A stretch of 64,000 nt of DNA from Melittangium boletus DSM 14713 (GTDB taxonomy: Bacteria; Myxococcota; Myxococcia; Myxococcales; Myxococcaceae): the NCBI RefSeq assembly GCF_002305855.1, contig NZ_CP022163.1:7195765-7259764 (forward strand), written 5' to 3'. The notes below the pieces were generated by a model. That model saw only the letters and a list, made by a program, of their open reading frames with translations, did no database searches and was not told the DNA's origin. The position numbers and the translations under genes were made by a program. Position 1 is the first letter of the stretch. Each line of letters opens with the position of its first letter. Of the stretch, positions 36,451 to 45,469 are shown in pieces.

Positions 36451-37824
36451 CTAACCCGCGGATGCATCCGAGGGCACCGCCGCTGGAAGTAAAATCGTAA
36501 AGGTAGAGCCCTCGTTCGGTTGGCTTTCGACCCGGACCTCGCCCCCCATGGCGCCGAGCAGGTGCTTGACGATGGACAGGCCCAGGCCCGTGCCCCCCAT
36601 GTCCCGGCTGCGGCCCTTGTCCACCCGGTAGAAGCGCTCGAAGATGCGCGCCAGGTGCCTCGCCTCGATGCCGACCCCGCTGTCGCTCACGTGCACCACG
36701 CAGCGCCCGTCCTCCTGCCCGCCCGTCACCGTCACCCGGCCTCCCTCGGGCGTGTACTTCACCGCGTTGTCCAGGAGGTTGAGCAGCACCTGCTCCAGCC
36801 CTCGCTCGTCGCCCCGGGCCTGGAGATCCGGGGGAACATTCAATTCCAGGGAAATGCGTTTGCCCTGGGCCTTGTGCCGGACCGCCTCGGCCGCCCGGGA
36901 GGCCGCCACCGCGAGCGGCACGTCCTGGAGCCTGAGCTTCACTTCGCGTGACTCCAACCGGGACAGCTCGAGCAGATCCTCGACGAGCTCCGACAGCCGC
37001 TCGGATTGACGGTGGATGATGTCCACCATCTTCGTCGCGACCTGGGGGTTGGCCAGGGCCCCGGACTGGAGGGTTTCCGCGTAGCCGCGGATGGCGGTGA
37101 TGGGGGTGCGCAGCTCGTGGGAGACGTTGGCGACGAAGTCCTTGCGCACCTTCTCCAGGTGGCGCAGCTCGGTGACGTCGTGGAAGACGGCGGCGCTGCC
37201 GGGCAGGTCTCCGCCCAGCGGCGTCACCCGGATGGCGAGCGTGCGCGACAGCACGTCATCCAGCGTCAGCTCCAGGCGGGTGGAGGCGCCCTCGTGGCAG
37301 GCCCGGTGCACGGCCTCGTTGAGCGAGCCATGGCGCAGCAGCGTCAGCGGACGCTGGCCGATGATGTCCCCGGTGGACAGGAGCATGCCGCGCAGCGCGT
37401 CGTTGTGGCGCACCACGGTGCCCTCGACGTCCGTCACCCAGATGCCCTCGGCCATGCCGTCCAGCACGGCGGTGAGGGTGCGTGCTTCCTGGAGGTGGCC
37501 GGCGTTGAGCGTGGCGTGCCGCTGGTGCAGTGCGTCGAGGGTGCGCTGGAGGAGCGCCACCTCCTCGAGCTCCTCCTCGTCGGGAGGGGGCGAGGGCGTG
37601 GTGGCGGGGGCGGGGACTTCCTCGGGGCGGGTGAGCGCCCGCTGGGCGAGTTCGGAGAGGCGCCGCTGGAGCAGGCCGCGCGCCGCCACCAGCGTCAGCC
37701 CGGAGCCGAGCAGGGTGGAGAGCGAGACATAGACGGCGTCCATGTTCCAGCCCAGCAGCAGGAACAGCACGAGCGCCACCAGGGCCGGAGCCAGCAGCGC
37801 GAGCAGGTAGGGGCGCGGAGGCAT
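36451..37824 (-). CDS. phoR: Phosphate-sensing histidine kinase PhoR
   Basis: N-terminal transmembrane helix, PAS-like region, H-box HELRTPITAIRGYAETL, then N/G1/G2 boxes (LLDNAVKYT, DSGVGI, GGTGLGLSIV). Start 1 nt after the phoB stop. Confidence 0.85.
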   Translation of the reverse strand: MPPRPYLLALLAPALVALVLFLLLGWNMDAVYVSLSTLLGSGLTLVAARGLLQRRLSELAQRALTRPEEVPAPATTPSPPPDEEELEEVALLQRTLDALHQRHATLNAGHLQEARTLTAVLDGMAEGIWVTDVEGTVVRHNDALRGMLLSTGDIIGQRPLTLLRHGSLNEAVHRACHEGASTRLELTLDDVLSRTLAIRVTPLGGDLPGSAAVFHDVTELRHLEKVRKDFVANVSHELRTPITAIRGYAETLQSGALANPQVATKMVDIIHRQSERLSELVEDLLELSRLESREVKLRLQDVPLAVAASRAAEAVRHKAQGKRISLELNVPPDLQARGDERGLEQVLLNLLDNAVKYTPEGGRVTVTGGQEDGRCVVHVSDSGVGIEARHLARIFERFYRVDKGRSRDMGGTGLGLSIVKHLLGAMGGEVRVESQPNEGSTFTILLPAAVPSDASAG

Positions 37825-37825
37825 T

Positions 37826-38509
37826 TCAGGGAGGGGTGAGTTTGTAGCCCACGCCGCGCACCGTCTCGATGATGTCGCCCGCGGGGCCGAGCTTCTCGCG
37901 CAGGCGCTTGATGTGCGTGTCCACCGTGCGCGTGTGGATCTCCGCCTGGATGCCCCACACGTCCGAGAGCAGCACCTCGCGCGTCTGCACGCGCTCGGTG
38001 CGCTCCATCAACGTGCGCAGCAGCCGGAACTCCAGCGCGGTCAGGGCCACCTCCTGGCCCCTGGCGCGCACCTGGTGCCGCGTGGTGTCGAGCTGGATGT
38101 CCCCGGCGGACAGCTGCGCGGGCTCTCCCTCCTCCAGGTCCGAGCGCCGCAGCACGGCCTTGACCCGCAGGAGCAGCTCGCGCACGGAGAAGGGCTTCAC
38201 CACGTAGTCATCCGCGCCCAGCTCCAGGCCCTGGATGCGATCGGACTCCTGGCCCTTGGCGCTGACGATGATGACCGGCACCTTGCGCAGCTCGGTGTCG
38301 CTCTTGAACAGGCGCAGCACCTCGCTGCCCGCGAGGTCCGGCAACATCAAATCCAGCAGCAACAGGTCCGGCAGGTTCGCGCGCGCCCGGGCCAGGCCGC
38401 TCGCGCCCGAGCCCACCGCTTCCGCCTCGAACCCCGCGGCCCGCAGGTTGTACTCCACCAGTCCGGCCAGATCCTGCTCGTCCTCGATGATCAGGATGCG
38501 TGCCATCAT
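37826..38509 (-). CDS. phoB: Phosphate regulon response regulator PhoB-like
   Basis: REC (ILIIEDEQD, LLDLMLPDLAG) plus winged-helix (TVRGVGYKL). Tandem ATG ATG start. The second ATG (38506) has better RBS spacing to GGGAGGA. Confidence 0.85.
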   Translation of the reverse strand: MMARILIIEDEQDLAGLVEYNLRAAGFEAEAVGSGASGLARARANLPDLLLLDLMLPDLAGSEVLRLFKSDTELRKVPVIIVSAKGQESDRIQGLELGADDYVVKPFSVRELLLRVKAVLRRSDLEEGEPAQLSAGDIQLDTTRHQVRARGQEVALTALEFRLLRTLMERTERVQTREVLLSDVWGIQAEIHTRTVDTHIKRLREKLGPAGDIIETVRGVGYKLTPP

Positions 38510-38567
38510 TCCTCCCGGCTTCCAGCTTTCACCCCGCCTGGACTAGCAGAGACGCCGTGTCGGCTGA

Positions 38568-38586
38568 ATGAAGGGGATGTGACGCC
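38568..38586 (-). promoter_or_regulatory. Candidate Pho box upstream of phoB-phoR
   Basis: On the gene strand: tTGTCACgaaggCGTCACa, two (T/C)GTCAC half-sites with 11-bp periodicity. Shares TGTCACGAA with the box at 35466-35485. Confidence 0.35.
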
Positions 38587-38601
38587 TTCGTGACAAAACC
38601 C

Positions 38602-39102
38602 TCAAGGGGGGAAGGTGGGATCGCAATCGACGGCCGCGAGGGTGATGGGGGCGGCGATGAGGGGATCGTTGCGAGGGCTGACGGCGCCCAGGTAGTTGCA
38701 GGAGCTGCCGAGGAAGCGCGGCGGGCTGGTGCGCGAGAGCGCCTCGATGATGACGACGTAGTCGCGGCCCACGGGGATGTTCACGCCCAGCTCCTGGACG
38801 CCCTCCGAGAGCTTGGTGGGAAAGAGCAGCGCGCGCCCCGTCTTGCCCGCGGTGTCCTGGATGACGAGCGGCTCGTTCGCCTTCACCTGCTGCTGCACGC
38901 ACGAGCGCTGCAGGTCGACGCACCGGCGCGAGCGCCCGTCCGGCAGCACCACCACCTGGAAGGAGCCCAGCTCATCGGCGACGGCTTGCTCCATGACCAG
39001 CTCCAGGCCCAGGTGCTCGCCCACGGACTCGGGCGGGGCACCACAACCCGAGGCGGCGAGGGCGGCGGCCAGCAGGACGAGTCGGAAGGGATGTGGGCTC
39101 AT
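38602..39102 (-). CDS. Hypothetical lipoprotein
   Basis: Signal peptide with lipobox LAASGC. ATGA overlap with the upstream gene. Confidence 0.6.
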   Translation of the reverse strand: MSPHPFRLVLLAAALAASGCGAPPESVGEHLGLELVMEQAVADELGSFQVVVLPDGRSRRCVDLQRSCVQQQVKANEPLVIQDTAGKTGRALLFPTKLSEGVQELGVNIPVGRDYVVIIEALSRTSPPRFLGSSCNYLGAVSPRNDPLIAAPITLAAVDCDPTFPP

Positions 39103-40001
39103 GGGTTGACGCGGACGGTGATGGGGACGAGGGCCCGGTTGTCGGAGGTGGCGTACACGACGGCGCCCGCGGTGCCCGCCACGGCGACCGCGCCCACCGC
39201 GACCCAGAGCCAGGGGCTCTTGTACCAGGGGCGCTCGCTCACCGTGGCGACCGCGCCGGCCTCGGGCAGGACCTGGAAGATGAGCGGATTGAAGGCGTCA
39301 CCCCGGCCCGCGAGCCGCCGCTGGGCCGCGTCCGCCACCTCGAAGTAGTACTCCACCTCATAGGCGGCGGAGCTGGGGGGCAGCTCATAGGCGGGCAGGG
39401 TGGCGACGAAGTGCTCCTTGTTCGCCCGATCCCTCGTGAAGTCCACCGAGCTGTAGGCTTGCGCGCCCGCGCGCCGGTAGAAGAGGCGTGCCCGCGCCCC
39501 GAGCGCCATGTCCGTGATGCGCGCCTCCGCCACCACGGGCTCGCGCCCCTCGGAGTCCGGAATGGGGTCCACCTGGAGGGTGACGGGCCGCACGCGCCGG
39601 TTCTTGATGTCCTCCTTGATGCGCGCGTAGAGGGCGCGGATCTTCGGCGGCGCGGTGCGCGGCAGCTCGTAGTCCGGCCGCGCCTGCAGGAGCATTTCGT
39701 AGGCCTCGCGCGCCCGGGCCTCGTCTCCCAGGTACAGGGACGTGACCCCGAGCAGCCGGTAGAGCTCCACGAGCTGGTCGTCCGTGACGTCCGGGGCGTC
39801 GAGTCCGGCCTCCAGGGTTCGGACCGCCTCCTCGAATTCGCCGTCCTCGATCTGCTCCTGCGCGCGCGCGATCTCCGGGCGCGCCGGGGCCGTCTGGAAC
39901 AAGAGCGGCCGAGGGAAAAGGGGTTTAGCCAGCGAGGCGCCAGGGATCAGCAGGCTCGCCATCAAGATGCTCGCCACCACGCGATACCGCTGCACGTCCA
40001 T
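39099..40001 (-). CDS. Hypothetical secreted/membrane-anchored helical-repeat (TPR-like) protein
   Basis: N-terminal signal peptide (ASILMASLLIPGASLA), helical repeats, C-terminal hydrophobic helix (WLWVAVGAVAVAGTAGAVVY). Confidence 0.6.
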   Translation of the reverse strand: MDVQRYRVVASILMASLLIPGASLAKPLFPRPLLFQTAPARPEIARAQEQIEDGEFEEAVRTLEAGLDAPDVTDDQLVELYRLLGVTSLYLGDEARAREAYEMLLQARPDYELPRTAPPKIRALYARIKEDIKNRRVRPVTLQVDPIPDSEGREPVVAEARITDMALGARARLFYRRAGAQAYSSVDFTRDRANKEHFVATLPAYELPPSSAAYEVEYYFEVADAAQRRLAGRGDAFNPLIFQVLPEAGAVATVSERPWYKSPWLWVAVGAVAVAGTAGAVVYATSDNRALVPITVRVNP

Positions 40002-40166
40002 TGGCCGCTACCCTAGCAGACGAACGGGCCCTCCTCCACTTTGGGTGTAGTGCTCATGCAACGGCGCGGCGTCTGGCGCATCCATGGGAGTTCAGGTGCG
40101 TTGACTGCGGGGGAACGGCTCCCCATGATGCGCGCCCCTTTTTGGACAGGAAGAGACGCCGTGGCG

Positions 40167-40745
40167 ATGCGCGTAAAGATTGAAGAGATTCGGGACCAAG
40201 GGCTCCAGCTCAACGAGTCGCTGAGCCTGGAACAGCTCGGCACCGCGCTCGAGGGGTCGGGCTTCCGGGCCACCGAGCCCCTGGCGTTCTCGGCGGACCT
40301 GCGCAAGGTGAGCGGGGGCGTGCTGCTCAACGGCAAGTTCACCGAGCGCGTGATGACGCAGTGCAAGCGCTGCCTCGCCGACGCGACGCTGGCGCTGCCG
40401 GTGTCCTTCACCCTCAACCTCGTGCCCGAGTCCCTGGCCCGGGCCGAGGACGTGCTGGACGAGAAGGAAGTGGAGGAGAAGGACCGCGGCCAGGGTGAGT
40501 CGGGGGGCTCCTTCACCATGGATGACACGGACGAGGAGCTCTTCGATGGCAAGGTCATCGACCTGGAGCCCATCGTGCGCGAGCAGGTGCTGCTGGCCCT
40601 GCCGATGAACGCCGTGTGCCGGGAGGACTGCCAGGGCCTGTGCGCCCAGTGCGGCCAGAACCTCAATGAGAAGCAGTGCGGCTGCGAGGTGAAGTTCGTG
40701 GACCCTCGCCTCGAGGTGCTCAAGAACTTCAAGCTCAAGAGCTGA
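40167..40745 (+). CDS. yceD: YceD/DUF177 family protein (large-subunit rRNA maturation)
   Basis: C-terminal CxxC...CxxC (CREDCQGLCAQC) and overall DUF177 pattern. Start at the ATG at 40167 (MRVKIEEI...). Confidence 0.8.
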   Translation: MRVKIEEIRDQGLQLNESLSLEQLGTALEGSGFRATEPLAFSADLRKVSGGVLLNGKFTERVMTQCKRCLADATLALPVSFTLNLVPESLARAEDVLDEKEVEEKDRGQGESGGSFTMDDTDEELFDGKVIDLEPIVREQVLLALPMNAVCREDCQGLCAQCGQNLNEKQCGCEVKFVDPRLEVLKNFKLKS

Positions 40746-40801
40746 GGCGCCCTCCGCCCCCGTCCTCGGGACGGGGGCCTGGCGCCCGGTGCGGAAAATG
40801 G

Positions 40802-40839
40802 AAAGGCCGCCCCTCATCGAGAGGGAGCGGCCTTTTGAC
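40802..40839. terminator. Bidirectional intrinsic terminator between convergent yceD and rpmF
   Basis: Hairpin GGCCGCCCCTC-atcga-GAGGGAGCGGCC, flanked by AAA on one side and TTTT on the other. Confidence 0.4.
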
Positions 40840-40864
40840 CTTCCAGCGAAGCTGGAGCCCGGGA

Positions 40865-41053
40865 CTATCCCTGGGCGGCGGGGATCGTCTCGCGGCCCTT
40901 GTAGTAGCCGCAGGCGCCGCAGGCGCGGTGGGGAAGCACGGGCTCGCTGCACTTGCCGCACTTGATCACCTGCACCGCGCTCCGCAGGTTGTTGTTGGCC
41001 GCCCGGCGGCGGTCACGACGCATCTTGGACGTACGCTTCTTGGGAACACCCAC
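40865..41053 (-). CDS. rpmF: 50S ribosomal protein L32
   Basis: (M)GVPKKRTSKMRRDRRRA...CGKCSEPVLPHRACGACGYYKGRE zinc-ribbon L32. GTG start. On the strand opposite to yceD and plsX. Confidence 0.85.
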   Translation of the reverse strand: MGVPKKRTSKMRRDRRRAANNNLRSAVQVIKCGKCSEPVLPHRACGACGYYKGRETIPAAQG

Positions 41054-41244
41054 GGCTCACCTCTATATCGTCACGGCCGAGGTTTCCGGAGATGTTCTCA
41101 CCAGACCCGACCGGCAAAAGCTTGGAAGGCGGCGGACCCTAGCCGCTCGGGACGTGTGAGTCAACGCGCCAATCGGGATCATCGCTCACCCGCCTGTTCT
41201 TAACCCCCCCGGCTCCGGGGCGTCCATGGAAGGATGCGCCCGCG

Positions 41245-42309
41245 ATGAGGCTCGTCCTGGATGCGATGGGGGGTGATCACGCCCCCGAGGCCCCCGTGCG
41301 AGGCGCCGTCCTGTTCGCCCGGGAGCGCCCGGAGCACGAGGTGGTGCTGGTGGGAGATCCGGCGCGCCTGCGCGACTCCCTGTCCCGAGGGGGAGGCGTC
41401 CCGGGCAATGTGCACCTGCATCCCGCCTCCCAGGTGGTGGACATGGGCGATCAGGCCTTCTCCGCCATCCGCCGCAAGCGGGATTCCTCCCTCCGGGTGG
41501 GCTTCGAACTCGTGCGCCGGGGCGAGGCCGCGGCGCTCGTGTCGGCGGGGCACTCGGGCGCGGTGATGGCGGGGGCGCTGCTCGTGCTCGGCCGCCTGCC
41601 GGGGGTGGATCGTCCGGCGATCGCCACCCTCCTGCCGGCCCTCAAGGGGAGCGGGCGCTGTCTGCTGTTGGACTCGGGCGCCAACGTGGAGTGCCGGCCC
41701 GAACACCTCGCCCAGTGGGCGGTGCTCGGCAGTGCCTATGTGCGAGCCCGTCTGGGCCTGCCACGTCCCCGGGTGGCCGTGCTCTCCAACGGGGAGGAGC
41801 CCTCCAAGGGGACCGTCCTGACCCGGAAGGCCGCCGAGCTGCTGCGCGCCTCGGATCTGAACTTCGTGGGCTACGCGGAGGGGAGGGATCTCTTCTCCGG
41901 GGACGTGGAGGTGGTTGTCACCGACGGCTTCACGGGCAACGTGGTGCTCAAGGCCTCCGAGGGCGTGGCCGCGGGGATGACGGGCATTCTCCGCTCGGCC
42001 ATCGAGCGGCGCGGGGGCCTGTCGGAGAAACTGGGGGCCCTGCTCTTGCGGCCCACGTTCGCGGGCCTCAAGAAGATGGTGGACTACGCGGAGCATGGCG
42101 GGGCGCCGTTGCTCGGAATCCAGGGCGTTGGAATCGTGGCCCACGGCCGCAGCTCGCCCCGGGCGCTGCAACAGGCCCTGGAAGCGGCCCTCCAGACGGC
42201 CCAGGTGGGCGGACACGCCGAGTTGACGCGGTGCATCGCCCAAGCCGCCGCCTGGCTTCCCGTCCGCCAGAGGGGAAAGAGAGCGACAGGGGAGACTCTT
42301 TCCGATTAG
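41245..42309 (+). CDS. plsX: Phosphate acyltransferase PlsX
   Basis: MRLVLDAMGGDHAP... typical PlsX N-terminus, 354 aa. Confidence 0.9.
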   Translation: MRLVLDAMGGDHAPEAPVRGAVLFARERPEHEVVLVGDPARLRDSLSRGGGVPGNVHLHPASQVVDMGDQAFSAIRRKRDSSLRVGFELVRRGEAAALVSAGHSGAVMAGALLVLGRLPGVDRPAIATLLPALKGSGRCLLLDSGANVECRPEHLAQWAVLGSAYVRARLGLPRPRVAVLSNGEEPSKGTVLTRKAAELLRASDLNFVGYAEGRDLFSGDVEVVVTDGFTGNVVLKASEGVAAGMTGILRSAIERRGGLSEKLGALLLRPTFAGLKKMVDYAEHGGAPLLGIQGVGIVAHGRSSPRALQQALEAALQTAQVGGHAELTRCIAQAAAWLPVRQRGKRATGETLSD

Positions 42310-42357
42310 AGAGCGCGCGCGAGACGTTCGTGTTCCGAGATACCAACTGGGGGATAC

Positions 42358-43341
42358 GTGGCGCGCACGCAGATCATCGGAACGGGTTCCTACGCACCGG
42401 AGAAGGTCCTGACCAACGCCGATCTGGAGAAGATCGTCGACACGTCGGACGCCTGGATCACCGAGCGTACGGGCATCCGGGAGCGCCGGTTGGCGGCGCC
42501 CGGTGAGGCCACCAGCGACATGGCCGTGCGAGCCGCCCAACGGGCGCTGGAGCAGGCCGGTGTGCGGCCCGAGGAGCTGGACCTCATCGTGGTGGGGACC
42601 GTCACGGCGGACATGCCCATGCCCTCCTGCGCGGCGCTCGTGCAGGCGAAGCTGGGGGCGCGGCGGGCCTTCGCCTTCGACGTGGCGGCGGCCTGCGCCG
42701 GAGCGCTCTATGCCCTGTCGGTGGCCGACCAGTTCATCCGCACCGGCCAGGTCAAGCGCGCGCTGGTGATTGGCGCCGAGCTGCTCAGCCGCGCGCTCAA
42801 CTGGGAGGATCGCAACACGTGCGTGCTCTTCGGGGATGGCGCGGGGGCCCTGGTGATCGCGCCCACCGAGGACCCGGAGCGGGGCCTGTTGTCCACCCAC
42901 CTGTACACGGATGGCACCTTCGCGGACATCCTCGCCATCCCGGGGGGAGGCAGCCTCCATCCTCCGAGCGAGCGGGTGCTCGAGGAGCGGCTGCACACGG
43001 TGCACATGAATGGCCGCGAGGTATTCAAGTTCGCGGTGCGTGCCCTGGCGGAGTCCACCCACACGGCGCTCAAGGCCAATGGACTGCACCCGCGGGACGT
43101 GGCGCACGTCATCGCCCATCAGGCCAACGTCCGCATCATCGAGTCCGTGATGCAGCGGTTGGAAATGCCCATCGAGAAGTGCTGGCTGAACCTGGGCGAA
43201 TACGGCAATACGTCCTCCGCCTCCCTGCCCATGACGCTCGATGAGGCCCACCGCTCTGGCCGGCTCGAGTCGGGAGACGTGGTGGCGATGATGGCGATTG
43301 GCGCGGGGATGACGTGGGGCAGCGCGGTGATGCGCTGGTAG
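42358..43341 (+). CDS. fabH: 3-oxoacyl-ACP synthase III FabH
   Basis: Active-site Cys region AFDVAAACAG, plus His/Asn motifs (HQAN, GNTSSAS). GTG start. Confidence 0.9.
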   Translation: MARTQIIGTGSYAPEKVLTNADLEKIVDTSDAWITERTGIRERRLAAPGEATSDMAVRAAQRALEQAGVRPEELDLIVVGTVTADMPMPSCAALVQAKLGARRAFAFDVAAACAGALYALSVADQFIRTGQVKRALVIGAELLSRALNWEDRNTCVLFGDGAGALVIAPTEDPERGLLSTHLYTDGTFADILAIPGGGSLHPPSERVLEERLHTVHMNGREVFKFAVRALAESTHTALKANGLHPRDVAHVIAHQANVRIIESVMQRLEMPIEKCWLNLGEYGNTSSASLPMTLDEAHRSGRLESGDVVAMMAIGAGMTWGSAVMRW

Positions 43342-43369
43342 TCGATTCACGAGGGAGGGAGCACGCGAC

Positions 43370-44308
43370 ATGTCGAAGATCGCATTCGTCTTCCCCGGCC
43401 AGGGCAGCCAAGCCGTTGGCATGGGGAAGGACCTGTACGAGAAGTTTCCCGAGGCCCGGGCCGTCTTCGAGGCGGCCGATGAGGCGTTGGGCGAGAAGTT
43501 CACCCAGATCCTGTTCGAGGGCCCCGAGGCCTCGCTCAAGCTGACGGCCAACACGCAGCCGGCCATCCTCACCGTGTCGGTGGCGGCGCACGCCGTGTTC
43601 GCCTCGAAGCTGGGACTCACGCCCGCGTTCGTGGCGGGCCACTCGCTCGGCGAGTACTCGGCGCTGGTGGTGGCGGGCGCGCTGTCGCTGCCGGATGCCG
43701 TCCGGGCGGTGCGCGCGCGCGGCACCTTCATGCAGGAGGCGGTGCCCGAGGGCGTGGGCGCCATGTCCGCCATCCTCGGCCTGACTCCGGACAAGGTGAA
43801 GCAGGCGTGTGACGAGGCGGCCCAGGATCAGGTGGTGTCCCCCGCCAACTACAACTCGCCCGAGCAGACGGTCATCGCGGGCCATGCCCAGGCGGTGGAG
43901 CGGGCCGGGGCCCGGTGCAAGGAGCTGGGCGCCAAGCGCGTCATGCCCCTGCCCGTGTCCGCTCCCTTCCATTGCTCGCTGATGGATCCCGTCAAGCCGC
44001 GCCTGGGCGAGGTGCTCGCCCAGGTGAAGGTGAACGCTCCCAGCGTGCCGGTGGTGACGAACGTGGAGGCTCGCCCCAACGGTGACGCGGCGCGCGTGGT
44101 GCCGCTGCTCCTCGAGCAGGTCAGCTCCGTGGTGCGGTGGATCGAGTGCGTGGAGGCGCTCAAGGCCGAGGGCGTCACGCGCATCGTCGAGCTGGGACCG
44201 GGCAAGGTGCTCAGCGGGCTCACCAAGCGCATCACCAAGGACATCGAGTCGTTCAACGTGGAAGATTCCGCGAGCCTGGAGAAGGTCCTCGCGGCCCTGG
44301 GAGCTTGA
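43370..44308 (+). CDS. fabD: Malonyl-CoA:ACP transacylase FabD
   Basis: FVFPGQGSQ and GHSLGEYSALV. Confidence 0.9.
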   Translation: MSKIAFVFPGQGSQAVGMGKDLYEKFPEARAVFEAADEALGEKFTQILFEGPEASLKLTANTQPAILTVSVAAHAVFASKLGLTPAFVAGHSLGEYSALVVAGALSLPDAVRAVRARGTFMQEAVPEGVGAMSAILGLTPDKVKQACDEAAQDQVVSPANYNSPEQTVIAGHAQAVERAGARCKELGAKRVMPLPVSAPFHCSLMDPVKPRLGEVLAQVKVNAPSVPVVTNVEARPNGDAARVVPLLLEQVSSVVRWIECVEALKAEGVTRIVELGPGKVLSGLTKRITKDIESFNVEDSASLEKVLAALGA

Positions 44309-44309
44309 G

Positions 44310-45056
44310 ATGAGCGCGTTCAAGGACAAGGTGGTGATGGTGACGGGCGGCTCGCGGGGCATTGGCCGGGCCATCTCCGTGGCGTTCGCGAAGCAGGGGG
44401 CCACGGTGGTCATCGGCTACGCGGGCAATGACGCGGCGGCTCAGGAAGCGCTGGAGCTCGTGCGGGCCGTGGGCGCCCAGGGCGAGGTGGTGCGCTTCGA
44501 CGTGGCGGACACCTCCGCGTGCGCCAGCGCCGTGGACGCCTGCGTCAAGACGCACGGCCGGCTGGACGTGCTCGTCAACAACGCGGGCATCTCCGTGGAC
44601 GGACTCGTCATGCGCGTGAAGGACGAGGACTGGGACAAACAGTTGGACACCAACCTCCGGGGTGCCTTCGCCCTCATCCGCGCGGCCAGCCGCCCGATGA
44701 TGAAGCAGAAGGGCGGCGCCATCATCAACCTCACCTCCGTGGTGGGGGAGATGGGCAACGGGGGGCAGGCGGCCTACTCGGCCTCCAAAGCTGGCCTCAT
44801 CGGTCTGACCAAGTCCGTCGCCCGGGAGCTCGCCAGCCGCAACATCCGGGTGAACGCCGTCTCGCCGGGCTTCATCGCCACGGACATGACGTCCTACCTC
44901 GAGGGCGCGACGCGCGAGAAGATGGAGGGCGCCATCCCGCTGGGCCGCCTGGGCTCGGCCGAGGACGTGGCCAACGCCGTGTTGTTCCTGGCCGGTGACT
45001 CCGCCGCCTACATCACCGGAGAGGTCCTCAAGGTGAACGGCGGCATGTACATGTAG
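44310..45056 (+). CDS. fabG: 3-oxoacyl-ACP reductase FabG
   Basis: [11 protein letters not shown]ossmann motif and SDR catalytic YSASK. Start ATG at 44310, 1 nt after the fabD stop. Confidence 0.9.
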   Translation: MSAFKDKVVMVTGGSRGIGRAISVAFAKQGATVVIGYAGNDAAAQEALELVRAVGAQGEVVRFDVADTSACASAVDACVKTHGRLDVLVNNAGISVDGLVMRVKDEDWDKQLDTNLRGAFALIRAASRPMMKQKGGAIINLTSVVGEMGNGGQAAYSASKAGLIGLTKSVARELASRNIRVNAVSPGFIATDMTSYLEGATREKMEGAIPLGRLGSAEDVANAVLFLAGDSAAYITGEVLKVNGGMYM

Positions 45057-45160
45057 CCAAGGGTTGGATCGGCGCGGGGGCTGGAGTATACCGCGCCCGC
45101 CTTTACAGGGTCCGGGGAGTATGCTGGGCCGCCACGTGGTTTCCGGAGGATTCAATACCC

Positions 45161-45403
45161 ATGACGACGTCTACAATCGAAGGCAAGATCAAGAGCATCA
45201 TCGCCGACCAGCTGGGCGTGGGGGAGGAAGAGATCAAGCCAGAGGCCTCCTTCATCGAGGACCTGGGCGCCGACAGCCTCGACATCGTGGAGCTGGTGAT
45301 GGCGATGGAGGAGGAGTTCGAGGTCGAGATCCCCGACGAGGAGGCCGAGAACATCAAGACGGTGGGCGACGCCATCAACTACGTCAACACCCACAAGAAG
45401 TAG
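45161..45403 (+). CDS. acpP: Acyl carrier protein
   Basis: [17 protein letters not shown] with the phosphopantetheine Ser, 80 aa. Confidence 0.95.
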   Translation: MTTSTIEGKIKSIIADQLGVGEEEIKPEASFIEDLGADSLDIVELVMAMEEEFEVEIPDEEAENIKTVGDAINYVNTHKK

Positions 45404-45421
45404 GCATCAATCGTAGGGCCG

Positions 45422-45440
45422 GGGCGCGTGGGTTGCGCCC
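45422..45440 (+). terminator. Stem-loop after acpP (attenuator/partial terminator)
   Basis: GGGCGC-gtgggtt-GCGCCC. Confidence 0.25.
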
Positions 45441-45469
45441 AGCGTTCCATCGTAGCAGCGCGGTAGGGA

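Noticed and set aside
40013-40961. Minus-strand ORFs 40013..40738 and 40092..40961 opposite yceD
   Set aside because: Antisense to the DUF177 gene, with no motifs.
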